Below are positions 1 to 8,705 of a DNA stretch of 55,756 nucleotides, one piece after another; positions within the stretch are counted from its first letter, which is position 1, and each line of letters opens with the position of its first letter. Source of the DNA: a virus (Duplodnaviria; Caudoviricetes). The notes beneath the pieces were generated by a model. It had not been told where the DNA came from. It ran no database searches and saw only the letters and a program-made list of their open reading frames with translations. Where the stretch lies: the IMG/VR virus record IMGVR_UViG_3300021519_000002, positions 1 through 55,756 of that record; one strand, written 5' to 3'. A program made the translations under genes and the position numbers.

Positions 1-22
1 CCTCCACCACCACCTCCACCAC
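1..22. repeat. Terminal direct repeat (assembly overlap of a circular contig), left copy
   Basis: cctccaccaccacctccaccac at 1-22 is identical to 55735-55756; it lies in a poly-Gly coding tract on the minus strand. Confidence 0.85.
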
Positions 23-1364
23 CTCCTCCTCCACCACTTCCAAACATGTCAAATTGCTTGCCAAGCATATTGGTAAGCATTTTTATCAAACTTGGAGATG
101 CAGGGAATCCATTGGATTCCAAAAGATTACTAATGGTAGAGCCAATAGCACCCAACTCAGCACCAGTCAGGAAACTACCCCCCATCAACTTGCTCAACAC
201 ACCACCCTTCAGAGAACTATTAATGACTGAAGGCAATGCTTGAACAATTTGCCACGGCACACCAGCATCCGTAAGCGTTTGCAATACTGGTTGGTAGATG
301 TTGTTGTTGAAAGATAATTTAGGGCCAGTAGCTGATTGCGCTCCAGCAGGAGGTACGTCATACATGTCGCCATACGCAGATTGCGTTGTTAATGGGTTCA
401 TCCCACTAGTGGTTGCTGCCGGTAATGCACCACTAGCATCCGGTGAAACATAAGGGTCATTTGGAACGTCATATCCAGCATTTGAATAATCAATAGAGCC
501 TTGACCAGCACCAGTTGGGTTGGCATTGATATCGTTTAATAACGATGTGTCTCCACCGTCGAATGCCCCTGCTGACCCTGCTGCCCCTGCTGCACTGAGT
601 GCGGCATTAAGATAATTACCTTGACTAGCTTGATATGCAGCATTTGCCCCAGCTAAATAAGGGGTAAAAACTTGCCCTCCGGGAATTATTGCTGAAGCCA
701 ATGTTGCAATCGGCAAAAAATCACCCGCTTGCTCTAAAAAGCTGGGATCTTTTTGCTGATTATTCCACCTGTCAGTTTGTGATTGATTAAAGGCTTGAAC
801 TGATGGAGACTGATCAATCTGCGCCGCACCGCTGACAGCATAATCTGGTGCGCCAGCGGCCTGTACTGCCTTATTCATAAGGTCAGTCAAGTTTTCAGTT
901 GTTCCGTAGTTGTTAAACCTAGCCATCTGAGTTTGATTCATTCGATCAAACGTCTCTGGCGTAAATAGGGTGTCGTTTGGGTTGGCGTTCTCTAACGCTT
1001 GAAGCATTGGGCCAAGTTGATCGGCGTAGCCACTCGGCCCACGCGCCCGTATCATGTCTGCTATAGAGGCGTCGGGGGCTAGGTAAGGTGTGTACGCGTA
1101 AGTTGCCCCCCCCAAATCGTAATCATAGCCGTTCACCGCGCCCTGCTGTGTCCATCTGTCTGGTCCCAGTGGTTCTCCAGCGCCGTACCCGTTTTCATCG
1201 CCACTAGACACGGCAGCGGGGGTATAGGAGACCGGATTCCCACTTTGGTCTGTGTAGGTATAGGTTTCTGGGGTGGTTTGTTGAGCGTTATCCTCATCGT
1301 AGTATGTTCGCCCCGGCACCGTGGTGACGTTTACTCCTTTTGGAATGTTTGTAGGAAGAGCCAT
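1..1364 (-). CDS. 5' part of a ~729-aa putative internal virion/ejection protein that continues across the circular join into 55734..54909
   Basis: ATG at 1364 downstream of AAGGA; open frame MALPTNIPKGVNVTTVPGR...KQFDMFGSGGGG; same frame as ORF 54909..55652 after removing the 22-nt overlap; absent from the ORF track because it runs off the edge. Confidence 0.8.
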   Translation of the reverse strand, partial: MALPTNIPKGVNVTTVPGRTYYDEDNAQQTTPETYTYTDQSGNPVSYTPAAVSSGDENGYGAGEPLGPDRWTQQGAVNGYDYDLGGATYAYTPYLAPDASIADMIRARGPSGYADQLGPMLQALENANPNDTLFTPETFDRMNQTQMARFNNYGTTENLTDLMNKAVQAAGAPDYAVSGAAQIDQSPSVQAFNQSQTDRWNNQQKDPSFLEQAGDFLPIATLASAIIPGGQVFTPYLAGANAAYQASQGNYLNAALSAAGAAGSAGAFDGGDTSLLNDINANPTGAGQGSIDYSNAGYDVPNDPYVSPDASGALPAATTSGMNPLTTQSAYGDMYDVPPAGAQSATGPKLSFNNNIYQPVLQTLTDAGVPWQIVQALPSVINSSLKGGVLSKLMGGSFLTGAELGAIGSTISNLLESNGFPASPSLIKMLTNMLGKQFDMFGSGGGGGGGGGGG

Positions 1365-1373
1365 TGTTATTCC

Positions 1374-1607
1374 TTAAGACTGTAAGTTCATAATGCCGCA
1401 CATGGCTTGCGCCCAATCTCTCCAGTCTTCATAGACCCTGTGATCTGGAATACCGGACTGACCAAAGATTCCTATGCCACTCATTCCATCAACCCAGTTT
1501 CTCCAATTCTCCTCTTCAACACCACCTATTTGATTTGCAGAAAATAACTCCTGCATAAGCTTGCAATAGCCATCCCACTCCATTCCTCTTGGATCGTAGG
1601 TGATCAC
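1374..1607 (-). CDS. Small Trp-rich tail-region hypothetical protein (77 aa)
   Basis: Overlaps the stop of the upstream nozzle gene (GTGA); sits in the structural operon. Confidence 0.7.
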   Translation of the reverse strand: MITYDPRGMEWDGYCKLMQELFSANQIGGVEEENWRNWVDGMSGIGIFGQSGIPDHRVYEDWRDWAQAMCGIMNLQS

Positions 1608-3625
1608 GGGTTACCCGTTCCACGAACATCACCAGTCTCTACACTCAGAAGCACTCTACCCATGAAGTAATCTCCATTCTGGGTATTGCTCCTGAATTTG
1701 AGCCTCATCTCTCGACGCTGCTCCTTCATGTCAATCTTCAAAGTATCGGCATTGAAAACATAAGGATCGGAAGGATCGTCAGCATCATCAGCATATGACT
1801 TTCCAGTGATGATCACTTCCATATCACCAGTTTGGACAAAGTCAGGCTCTACTCTCTCTATACGAGTCCACAGGTTGTCTCCGGGTTGCTGCACAGACCC
1901 AACCAACCCTGTCCACGATCCAACCACATTGGTCTCCACATACGAATCAATTGCATTAACCGTGTTCGTATAGATAGAATTGGTTCCTACTTCATGCTGC
2001 CACAATGTATATTTGCCAGTCGTGTTCTGCTCAGTACCTCCCCAAATTGGCCTGCGGAACACCTCAGAGAAGACCCCAGCAGACCTACGAGCGCCCAATG
2101 CTTGACCCGCGTCATACCAGCACTTTTCACGGATGTTGTAAATGATTGCATCGTTGCACTCCGTAGAAGTCCCGCTTGGGAAGAACCACCAGATTTCACC
2201 AAAACGAGGAACCTTGCTCACCCATACTTTTTGCCGTTGCGCGTAGTTCAGGTTGTCAAAGAAATAATTGAAGTTCTGGGTATTTGGTACTTCTTGAACA
2301 ACACCGTTGTACATCAGGAATCGATCACTACCAGCCCAATAGAACAATCCATCATATTCAATCACGCACTGCGAAGACATGATCGATGACTGCTGTGTGA
2401 TCAGGTCATACTTCCAATAAAAGGTCTGGTTCCCAACGCTAGTAGGTGCGTATGTGACCCGCACAACAGAATCTAGTGTCCAAAACAATCCAGCAGGAGA
2501 AGTCGTACCTCCCCGCAAAGGCAATCCCTTGATGACCTTTGTAGAAGATACGTTGTTTTCGTTTGAATCAGACGATGTCCAGTTGTTGAAATCACCAGCA
2601 GAACAATTCTTGATCAGCCCATTGTTCCCATACACAAACAAATAAGGGAAGAGCATTACAACTCCACCTGATACTTGAACATTGTTGTCAAACGTCAGAG
2701 TAACCGTTCCACTTGCAGTAGCTGCTGCGCTAATGACAGCAGTCCATACAGTAGCCACCAAAGAGGCTGATACGACAGTCGTCCCAGAAGGAATGCCAAC
2801 ACCTGAAATAGAAACACCAGCACCTATAGCCGCTATAGTCGTAGCAAAAGTTACGCTGGTCGATGCATTCGTAGTTGTTCCTGTTGCTGTAAAAAGACCA
2901 ACAGGACTCATTGATGTCCCAGTAAATGGGCCATACATAACATTTGTATTTACGGTGGATGAAATGTCATTTAGGTTCTGACCCGGATGCGCTATCAGGT
3001 TGTTCTGACCATTCCCAAGAGCGTCATAACCAATGTCCATCTGCCACAAGGTATTTGCATTAGGATTGTAGGTTGACAAAGACGCTACATACCCAGCAAA
3101 TCCTGCACCAGCACCACCACCTATATCAGCAGTTAGTATAGTGACCGCTTTATTGTGGACATATGCAGAACCACCGGAGGTTATGGTAACGCTACTCACC
3201 AGATTGCTGAGTACGACAACCGTAGCCAAACATCCAGTTCCTGAAGTAGAATTAATCGGCACCGATGTATAGGTTGCATTGACATAACCAGAACCCTGAT
3301 TGGTAATGGTGACTGAAGCAACAGCACCATTTGGTTCAATGTCTGTAGGCCCAGAACCTATGGCATCATCATCATCAGTAGTCCACTGCTGGAGACCATC
3401 ACTGTAGCCAGAGATGACATAATTAATGCCATTGTCTGAACTCATAATCATGCCACGGCTTATCCCAGCCGCATTCAGGAATGCACCGTTGTACCCAGCA
3501 ATCTTCCTAGGACGACCATATTGGAAACGCACCCATTTGCCATCTACATAAGAAGTGGATGACAGTTGAGTGCTATCCCGTTGAATCCCCGGCCCTACTT
3601 GTAGCGTGACGACTTTAGCTGTCAA
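1604..3625 (-). CDS. Tail nozzle / DNA stabilisation protein (P22 gp10 / tail tubular B-like) with a Gly/Thr-rich inserted beta domain
   Basis: 673 aa; N-terminal PGIQRD...WVRF..GRPRKI and C-terminal EIWWFFP..CNDAIIYN..WY motifs typical of podovirus nozzle proteins; precedes the ejection genes. Confidence 0.7.
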   Translation of the reverse strand: MTAKVVTLQVGPGIQRDSTQLSSTSYVDGKWVRFQYGRPRKIAGYNGAFLNAAGISRGMIMSSDNGINYVISGYSDGLQQWTTDDDDAIGSGPTDIEPNGAVASVTITNQGSGYVNATYTSVPINSTSGTGCLATVVVLSNLVSSVTITSGGSAYVHNKAVTILTADIGGGAGAGFAGYVASLSTYNPNANTLWQMDIGYDALGNGQNNLIAHPGQNLNDISSTVNTNVMYGPFTGTSMSPVGLFTATGTTTNASTSVTFATTIAAIGAGVSISGVGIPSGTTVVSASLVATVWTAVISAAATASGTVTLTFDNNVQVSGGVVMLFPYLFVYGNNGLIKNCSAGDFNNWTSSDSNENNVSSTKVIKGLPLRGGTTSPAGLFWTLDSVVRVTYAPTSVGNQTFYWKYDLITQQSSIMSSQCVIEYDGLFYWAGSDRFLMYNGVVQEVPNTQNFNYFFDNLNYAQRQKVWVSKVPRFGEIWWFFPSGTSTECNDAIIYNIREKCWYDAGQALGARRSAGVFSEVFRRPIWGGTEQNTTGKYTLWQHEVGTNSIYTNTVNAIDSYVETNVVGSWTGLVGSVQQPGDNLWTRIERVEPDFVQTGDMEVIITGKSYADDADDPSDPYVFNADTLKIDMKEQRREMRLKFRSNTQNGDYFMGRVLLSVETGDVRGTGNP

Positions 3626-3637
3626 AGCAACACCCCA

Positions 3638-4852
3638 TCAAAATGAGCCACCACTAATACCAGCAGGAACAGCCAATCCACTAGATGTAAGAGTTGCCCT
3701 GTTCACACCACTAACAGTGAACCCTAGCTGACCACTAGCAGGTAGGTATAGACCAGTTGTGGCATCCCCAGAAAATGACAGTGATGGAGCAGCAGCAGAG
3801 CCATTCCCAATCGTCAGTGCAGAGATAAAAGATGACGTTGCTGTCTGAGCGTTATAGACGTTGGTGCCATCGCAAATGGCAATGATCGTCTGACCTTGAG
3901 CCAAGACAACAGTCGTACCAATACCAGCAGTTTTAAACGTCAGAGAGAAAGCGCCAGTTGTGTTGTTTTGCAAAGAATATAACTGCACAGTCGATGGAAG
4001 AACAACAATACAGTTGGATGTTAAAACACCCTGATAAGCTTGAATCGTATTGGCAGCTTCGACAGAGGTGAGGGTAACCGTTCCACCAGTGACGTTCTTG
4101 GTCAGTTGGGTATAAAAGAACGTAGCCGAACGACCATACGCATAGCTGTACCAATTGGTTCCATTTGACACAACAACAAATGATTCAGCAAGCTGAAGCT
4201 GTGCGCTGGCATTACCATCAATAGTGTCTGTTCCAGTCAAAGCAATACTTAAAATTCCAGTACCGTTATTCTTGAGAACAATATAGAAGCCTGAACCAAC
4301 ACCAACCGCTGACGGCAATATCGCAGTGCCTGCACCACCAGTCCATGCATACATTGACGATCTGTCATTGCTCGTAAATGTATAGTTGGAAGAAAATGTG
4401 GATACCAGAGTGTTGGTATTAAGCGTCGTGCTGATGGCTTTAAGACCAAAACCAGCAAGGGTTGCAGCGTTTGCAGCAGAAGTACCCGCTCCAAACTGGA
4501 CTACATCCCAAGTCCCATTGACTGTAGCGTTGCTGGTAACATAAACATATTGGGATATGCCAGATGAAATGCTGACAATGGTATTCCCACCACTATCGGT
4601 AACCGTAAATGCATTGGCCCCAATATTGTTGATCAAAGTTGATTGACCAACTGATACTTGTGTTGCCGGTGGCATAACCAAGTTAAGACTAGCAACCGAA
4701 GCAATTACCTCAATGATGTTGGCTACAACACTTGTCGTGTTGCCATTTATAGGCCACTCAAGAGTTGTATTGGCACTGATGGTCAGCTTTATATACCCAA
4801 CTTGCGATGGGCTGATTGTCTGTCCGGTGTAGGGATTTACATATGAAGTCAT
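3638..4852 (-). CDS. Tail structural protein (404 aa, repeated beta-sandwich modules)
   Basis: Three repeated LP(P/S)x...N..N modules; C-terminal GSAAAPSLSFSGDATTGLY fibre-like segment. Confidence 0.6.
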   Translation of the reverse strand: MTSYVNPYTGQTISPSQVGYIKLTISANTTLEWPINGNTTSVVANIIEVIASVASLNLVMPPATQVSVGQSTLINNIGANAFTVTDSGGNTIVSISSGISQYVYVTSNATVNGTWDVVQFGAGTSAANAATLAGFGLKAISTTLNTNTLVSTFSSNYTFTSNDRSSMYAWTGGAGTAILPSAVGVGSGFYIVLKNNGTGILSIALTGTDTIDGNASAQLQLAESFVVVSNGTNWYSYAYGRSATFFYTQLTKNVTGGTVTLTSVEAANTIQAYQGVLTSNCIVVLPSTVQLYSLQNNTTGAFSLTFKTAGIGTTVVLAQGQTIIAICDGTNVYNAQTATSSFISALTIGNGSAAAPSLSFSGDATTGLYLPASGQLGFTVSGVNRATLTSSGLAVPAGISGGSF

Positions 4853-4854
4853 GA

Positions 4855-5493
4855 TTAGGAATCCACAGCGACGGCTTGACGGTCACCAACACGCGCCACA
4901 TCCTCTGCCTTCAGGGACTGGAGAGCCTCGGTGTACTTTTGTTGGAAAATCTGACGCTGGTCATTCTTCAAGAATGGCATTGCCTGCAACAATGTTCCAA
5001 ATAACATGGCATTTGGTGCATTCTGAGTGAGCCAATTGGTCTGGTTGGTAGAACTCAATGGAGCAATCCGCTCATAGTAAAGAACACCAAAGTTGTACGC
5101 CGCATCAGGAGTAGGAGCCAAATACCAATGCTCCCAGTCAGTATCCGCGTAATATTGCGGAACGTCCTTTTTGGTGTTGTCAGGCCAGTAATTAATTAAG
5201 TATTCGTACTTTCTCAACAGCACTGGTCTTGCTTCACCGTTGACAGTAATGTTCATGCTTACCGTCTTCCTCCACCGTGCAGGCTTTTCTAGTATCGGAT
5301 TGCCAATTGTGGTAGTAGCATTCACAATCTGAAGCTGTCCAAGTGTCTTGATTTCTTGGGCTATTTCAAACTCAGCCAAAGAAATAAAGGTTGGAATAGC
5401 ATTGACGACAGACATATCTTTGCGCTCCAAATACTGAAGCGTCATAGACGTTAGGCTGTCATAGGTCAAAACCCATGATGGAATCGTTGACAT
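4855..5493 (-). CDS. Head-tail adaptor / tail tubular protein A-like
   Basis: 212 aa; FISLAE, LAPTPDAAY, TNWL...P..MLFGTL motifs typical of podovirus adaptors. Confidence 0.65.
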   Translation of the reverse strand: MSTIPSWVLTYDSLTSMTLQYLERKDMSVVNAIPTFISLAEFEIAQEIKTLGQLQIVNATTTIGNPILEKPARWRKTVSMNITVNGEARPVLLRKYEYLINYWPDNTKKDVPQYYADTDWEHWYLAPTPDAAYNFGVLYYERIAPLSSTNQTNWLTQNAPNAMLFGTLLQAMPFLKNDQRQIFQQKYTEALQSLKAEDVARVGDRQAVAVDS

Positions 5494-5503
5494 TAATCAA
5501 GTC

Positions 5504-5932
5504 CTAAGCAAAGGGTCTGGTGCCAGTTTTGTCAATAATAAGTGCTTGTTTTCTAGGAGAAGTATATTCCAATGTTGGAATTGATATATGCGTCCAGCTA
5601 TTGAACTCCCGTATTACCTGATCGTATTTAAGCTGCGATTCAACAATCTTGCGTACCACCTCATCGGGGGTCATGCCGGGGACTCTGAAGTCAGCCGCGC
5701 ACCCAACCACATGCTGGCTCATTGAACTCCCGCCAACCGACGCATTTACAGCCACAGACCGATACCCAGAACTCACCAGTATTGGCTTAAATCCCAGCAT
5801 TGCTTTAACGCTTTCAAGGAATTTAGCCAAGCGAGTCAGGTTGGCAATAACCGCATCGTCTGGAGTGTTGTCCAGCAAACGATGCTCAGTTATTGTCAAC
5901 TCTGCAAGGGTGAAGTGTGGGCTGAGTTGCAT
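5504..5932 (-). CDS. Endolysin, peptidase M15A family Zn metallopeptidase
   Basis: LSPHFTLAEL, SSGYRS..N..VGG...SQH..G.AAD and WTHIS motifs. Confidence 0.9.
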   Translation of the reverse strand: MQLSPHFTLAELTITEHRLLDNTPDDAVIANLTRLAKFLESVKAMLGFKPILVSSGYRSVAVNASVGGSSMSQHVVGCAADFRVPGMTPDEVVRKIVESQLKYDQVIREFNSWTHISIPTLEYTSPRKQALIIDKTGTRPFA

Positions 5933-6135
5933 CAGATTTTATTCTCGTCCAGTTTGTGATCCCCGCACCAATCATTTACAAATACCGTTGGGTAGCCATT
6001 CATGGTTGGGGCGTGTCGGCGGCATCTACCAAGATCGTAAACAGGGTTTTCAGCGTCTGTTTTTATCTTTGGCACAAACCACATGCAAGTTTTACATTTC
6101 ATTCCCTCGCTACGATGCTTCCACGGATCACTCAT
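5932..6135 (-). CDS. Small 4-Cys metal-binding protein (67 aa) inside the lysis cassette
   Basis: CKTCMWF...GRCRRHAP...WCG; 1-nt stop/start overlaps with both neighbours. Confidence 0.7.
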   Translation of the reverse strand: MSDPWKHRSEGMKCKTCMWFVPKIKTDAENPVYDLGRCRRHAPTMNGYPTVFVNDWCGDHKLDENKI

Positions 6136-6305
6136 TATTTATTTCCCGGATCAGCCTTGACCGCACCACCAAGACCCAGCGCAGCAGCTACACCTTGAGC
6201 AAGCAGTTGGTACTGAGGGGGTATGAAGGGTGTTGCAACCATGAAGATCACGCCCAGCCCTGCCATCGTAGAAGGTTCTCCAAAACGTTTTTTAAGCCAA
6301 CCCAT
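6135..6305 (-). CDS. Putative holin (56 aa; alternative start 6311, 58 aa)
   Basis: Own translation: MGWLKKRFGEPSTMAGLGVIFMVATPFIPPQYQLLAQGVAAALGLGGAVKADPGNK; two hydrophobic segments, AAGGAG RBS, upstream of the endolysin; below the ORF-track cutoff. Confidence 0.7.
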   Translation of the reverse strand: MGWLKKRFGEPSTMAGLGVIFMVATPFIPPQYQLLAQGVAAALGLGGAVKADPGNK

Positions 6306-6317
6306 AATCATTCTCCT

Positions 6318-6524
6318 TTAAACTTTTACAACGATTTGAATTAACAGCATGATGATTGCTAGGCCCGTGGTAAATGCACCGCCAGCAACTGCAAGGCCAG
6401 TTTGTTCAATCCTCTTCAAGCGAGCATTAACTGACCTCATCTCTACTTGAATGGCTTGATACCGAACCTCGCACTTGTCAACGTGTGCGTCAATTTTTAG
6501 GTCAACTTCATTTACTGTCGCCAA
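6318..6524 (-). CDS. Coiled-coil protein with C-terminal transmembrane helix (lysis-associated, XhlA-like architecture)
   Basis: H...CEVRY...ARLKRIEQ followed by a hydrophobic C-terminus. Confidence 0.6.
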   Translation of the reverse strand: MATVNEVDLKIDAHVDKCEVRYQAIQVEMRSVNARLKRIEQTGLAVAGGAFTTGLAIIMLLIQIVVKV

Positions 6525-6526
6525 AA

Positions 6527-6670
6527 TTACACCTTGTTTTCTTCTTGCACTTGAGGCGTGGCCTGACCTTGAATCTTCATAATCAATGCTTGCACCTGTA
6601 CAAAAGGCATCTGGCCTAAAGCGTTAAGCATTACGTTCACTTCGTTGACATCAAGTTCCAGTTTGATCAC
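6527..6670 (-). CDS. Small hypothetical protein (47 aa) after the fibre genes
   Basis: Own translation: MIKLELDVNEVNVMLNALGQMPFVQVQALIMKIQGQATPQVQEENKV; GTG start with GGAGG RBS. Confidence 0.7.
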   Translation of the reverse strand: MIKLELDVNEVNVMLNALGQMPFVQVQALIMKIQGQATPQVQEENKV

Positions 6671-6730
6671 TTTGCCTCCAGTGCGGCGTTCTTGGTGAGG
6701 AATGCAATGAGCCAGATCATTTTGGTTTCC

Positions 6731-7294
6731 CTATGCAATTCTTGTTGCAATTATTCTGTGTGGCTGGTATGTGCCAGCCAATAAAACGTCTTGTGTAACG
6801 CTGGATGATCCACTGTTGTCAAACCAACCAAATCTGGTCTTGTAGGTTGTTGTTGTAGATACAACCAAAATAAGATTAATTGAGGTAGAAGCAAAGATAT
6901 TTGGTGTTGTTGCGTTTGCAAAGCCAGCATAATTTCCACCAAAACTCGTATTGGAAGAATCTGTAAATAGCAATGTAGGTATAGCACCCACTGGATAAGT
7001 ACCCGTCGCGCCGCCAATAAGAATAGTTGCGCTACACTGAACAATATAAGTGCCAGCCACCAAAGAAAGCGAAGCACCTGTGTCAGTGAACGTGGTTGTA
7101 GCATTTGATCCAGTAACTGTTGCTGTGATGACGTTACTATAAACAACCGTCCCAACACCAAAAGTTGGAGCAACAATACCGTTTGCGGTTACCCCAAATA
7201 CCGTAACTCCGTTACTCTGAATGTTAAGGTTGCCGGATGTGTCGGCAGTTGTTACGACCCCAGCAGAGGTCGATGCGTTGATTGTTGAGGCCAT
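6731..7294 (-). CDS. Short tail fibre / receptor-binding subunit (187 aa)
   Basis: N-terminal anchor-like MASTINA...TTADTSGNLNIQ; beta-rich C-terminal domain ending IATRIA. Confidence 0.6.
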   Translation of the reverse strand: MASTINASTSAGVVTTADTSGNLNIQSNGVTVFGVTANGIVAPTFGVGTVVYSNVITATVTGSNATTTFTDTGASLSLVAGTYIVQCSATILIGGATGTYPVGAIPTLLFTDSSNTSFGGNYAGFANATTPNIFASTSINLILVVSTTTTYKTRFGWFDNSGSSSVTQDVLLAGTYQPHRIIATRIA

Positions 7295-7794
7295 TATCTA
7301 ACCCTCCTTGCTGTAATCCGTCCGAATGCTGTTGCTGTAGATATTGAAAACGAAGCGTATCCAATCAGGTAGTAGGTGGTAGTAGACGCAATTGACACTC
7401 TTGTCGTTGGGAACGTAAATGAGATTACATTGGCTGGAACTAACCCAGCCGCCCCATATGAAAATCGGGTTTCTTCTTCATATAGTGAGTTTAAGGTGTC
7501 GGTTACTGTATTTATACCACCAGCAATAGCGGTAAATTTGGTTGTTGGCGCCATGTTAATTCCAACTATTCCGTATACGTCCCAATCACCGGCAGTAAGA
7601 GAAATGCTGGTAATTGTTTTTCCTGTAAACGCGCCTGTGGCATCAGTAAGCGAAACCGCACTGCCAACCACAACCGAGGAAGTAATAACTTCCCCCACAT
7701 ACCCAGCCGTAGCAGAGTCGTTCGTCGTTGTGCCTACAATGACCTTTGTTGCTGGCCCAGTTACCCCAGCCGTACCATCAAGAGTGAGTGACAT
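7294..7794 (-). CDS. Short tail fibre / receptor-binding subunit (166 aa)
   Basis: GTTTNDSATAGYVGE, SISLTAGDWDV, ITARRVR fibre-tip motifs. Confidence 0.6.
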   Translation of the reverse strand: MSLTLDGTAGVTGPATKVIVGTTTNDSATAGYVGEVITSSVVVGSAVSLTDATGAFTGKTITSISLTAGDWDVYGIVGINMAPTTKFTAIAGGINTVTDTLNSLYEEETRFSYGAAGLVPANVISFTFPTTRVSIASTTTYYLIGYASFSISTATAFGRITARRVR

Positions 7795-7805
7795 GTGGGG
7801 GGCTC

Positions 7806-8354
7806 CTACTTGACTATGTAACTAAAGGTAAAACCAACGCCGTGATTGTTACTATTAAAACCCAAGCCACTAAAACTAGCGGTATCGTTTGTTGTTTCGG
7901 CTAACGCCCTATATGTCTCTGATGCCGCTCCTGATGGGTAAGCAGCCCCAACCCCTGATAAATCCTCATTTGCATTTGTTAGGTTAGACGAGACGGGCAA
8001 ACTAACTTCAAAACTAACTCCTGATCCAATGACATTTACCGCTAGGTTTAACATCCCATAAACGGTGACTATATTTCCAACCCTTGTGTAACGACAAAGA
8101 ACAGCGGTTGTCTGTGTTGTGTTAGCCGCATTGGTAATTGATGGGGTGTAAGTGCTGGAGTAACAAGTCCCCAATGCACTCGTGGGCACATCAATACCAG
8201 CGGCGGTAGCTGTTATCTTCCCGGTAAAAGTGTTCGCCCCCAGCGTAGCCAAAGTCGCCGTAGCACTCGGCAGCGTGATCGTCGCCGTGACTGCATCCGT
8301 TGGCGTGAGCGTGGTCGATCCGCTTGTTGCTCCTGCTAGAACTACTGATCCCAT
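7806..8354 (-). CDS. Short tail fibre / receptor-binding subunit (182 aa)
   Basis: Anchor-like VLAGATSGSTTLT..ITLPSATATLAT; tip motif TYTP...YTRVGNIVTV...SLPV. Confidence 0.65.
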   Translation of the reverse strand: MGSVVLAGATSGSTTLTPTDAVTATITLPSATATLATLGANTFTGKITATAAGIDVPTSALGTCYSSTYTPSITNAANTTQTTAVLCRYTRVGNIVTVYGMLNLAVNVIGSGVSFEVSLPVSSNLTNANEDLSGVGAAYPSGAASETYRALAETTNDTASFSGLGFNSNNHGVGFTFSYIVK

Positions 8355-8366
8355 ATCTATGTTCCT

Positions 8367-8696
8367 TTACAAGATGACCCAGCGGTAGCCGCCGGGGACT
8401 GTCACTACCACACCACTGTTGATCGTAATCGGCCCAACTGAAGCGGCTGAGAACCCAGTAGGTAAGGTATAGCTGGTGGTCACAATCAATTTATTCTGCA
8501 CAAACACCTGATCACCACCACCACCCGTTGCGCCTCCGCTTATTGCTACAACAACTCCACTGTTGTTCTTAGTATAGAGAATCTTGTCAGTGACATTGAC
8601 CGCTATCTCACCAAGCAACATATTCCCAGCAGAAGGCGCAGCCCCCGACGTTATTGAGTTATATGGAACAAGTGGCGTGAAATTAGACTGAGCCAT
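8367..8696 (-). CDS. Tail fibre adaptor (109 aa)
   Basis: GEIAVN.TD..LYTK plus C-terminal [15 protein letters not shown]...RWV segment shared with the long fibre. Confidence 0.6.
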   Translation of the reverse strand: MAQSNFTPLVPYNSITSGAAPSAGNMLLGEIAVNVTDKILYTKNNSGVVVAISGGATGGGGDQVFVQNKLIVTTSYTLPTGFSAASVGPITINSGVVVTVPGGYRWVIL

Positions 8697-8705
8697 ATTT
8701 AATCC

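Noticed and set aside
1-22. Biological terminal repeat of the packaged genome
   Set aside because: Very short, inside a poly-Gly coding tract and of typical k-mer overlap size; better explained as assembly overlap
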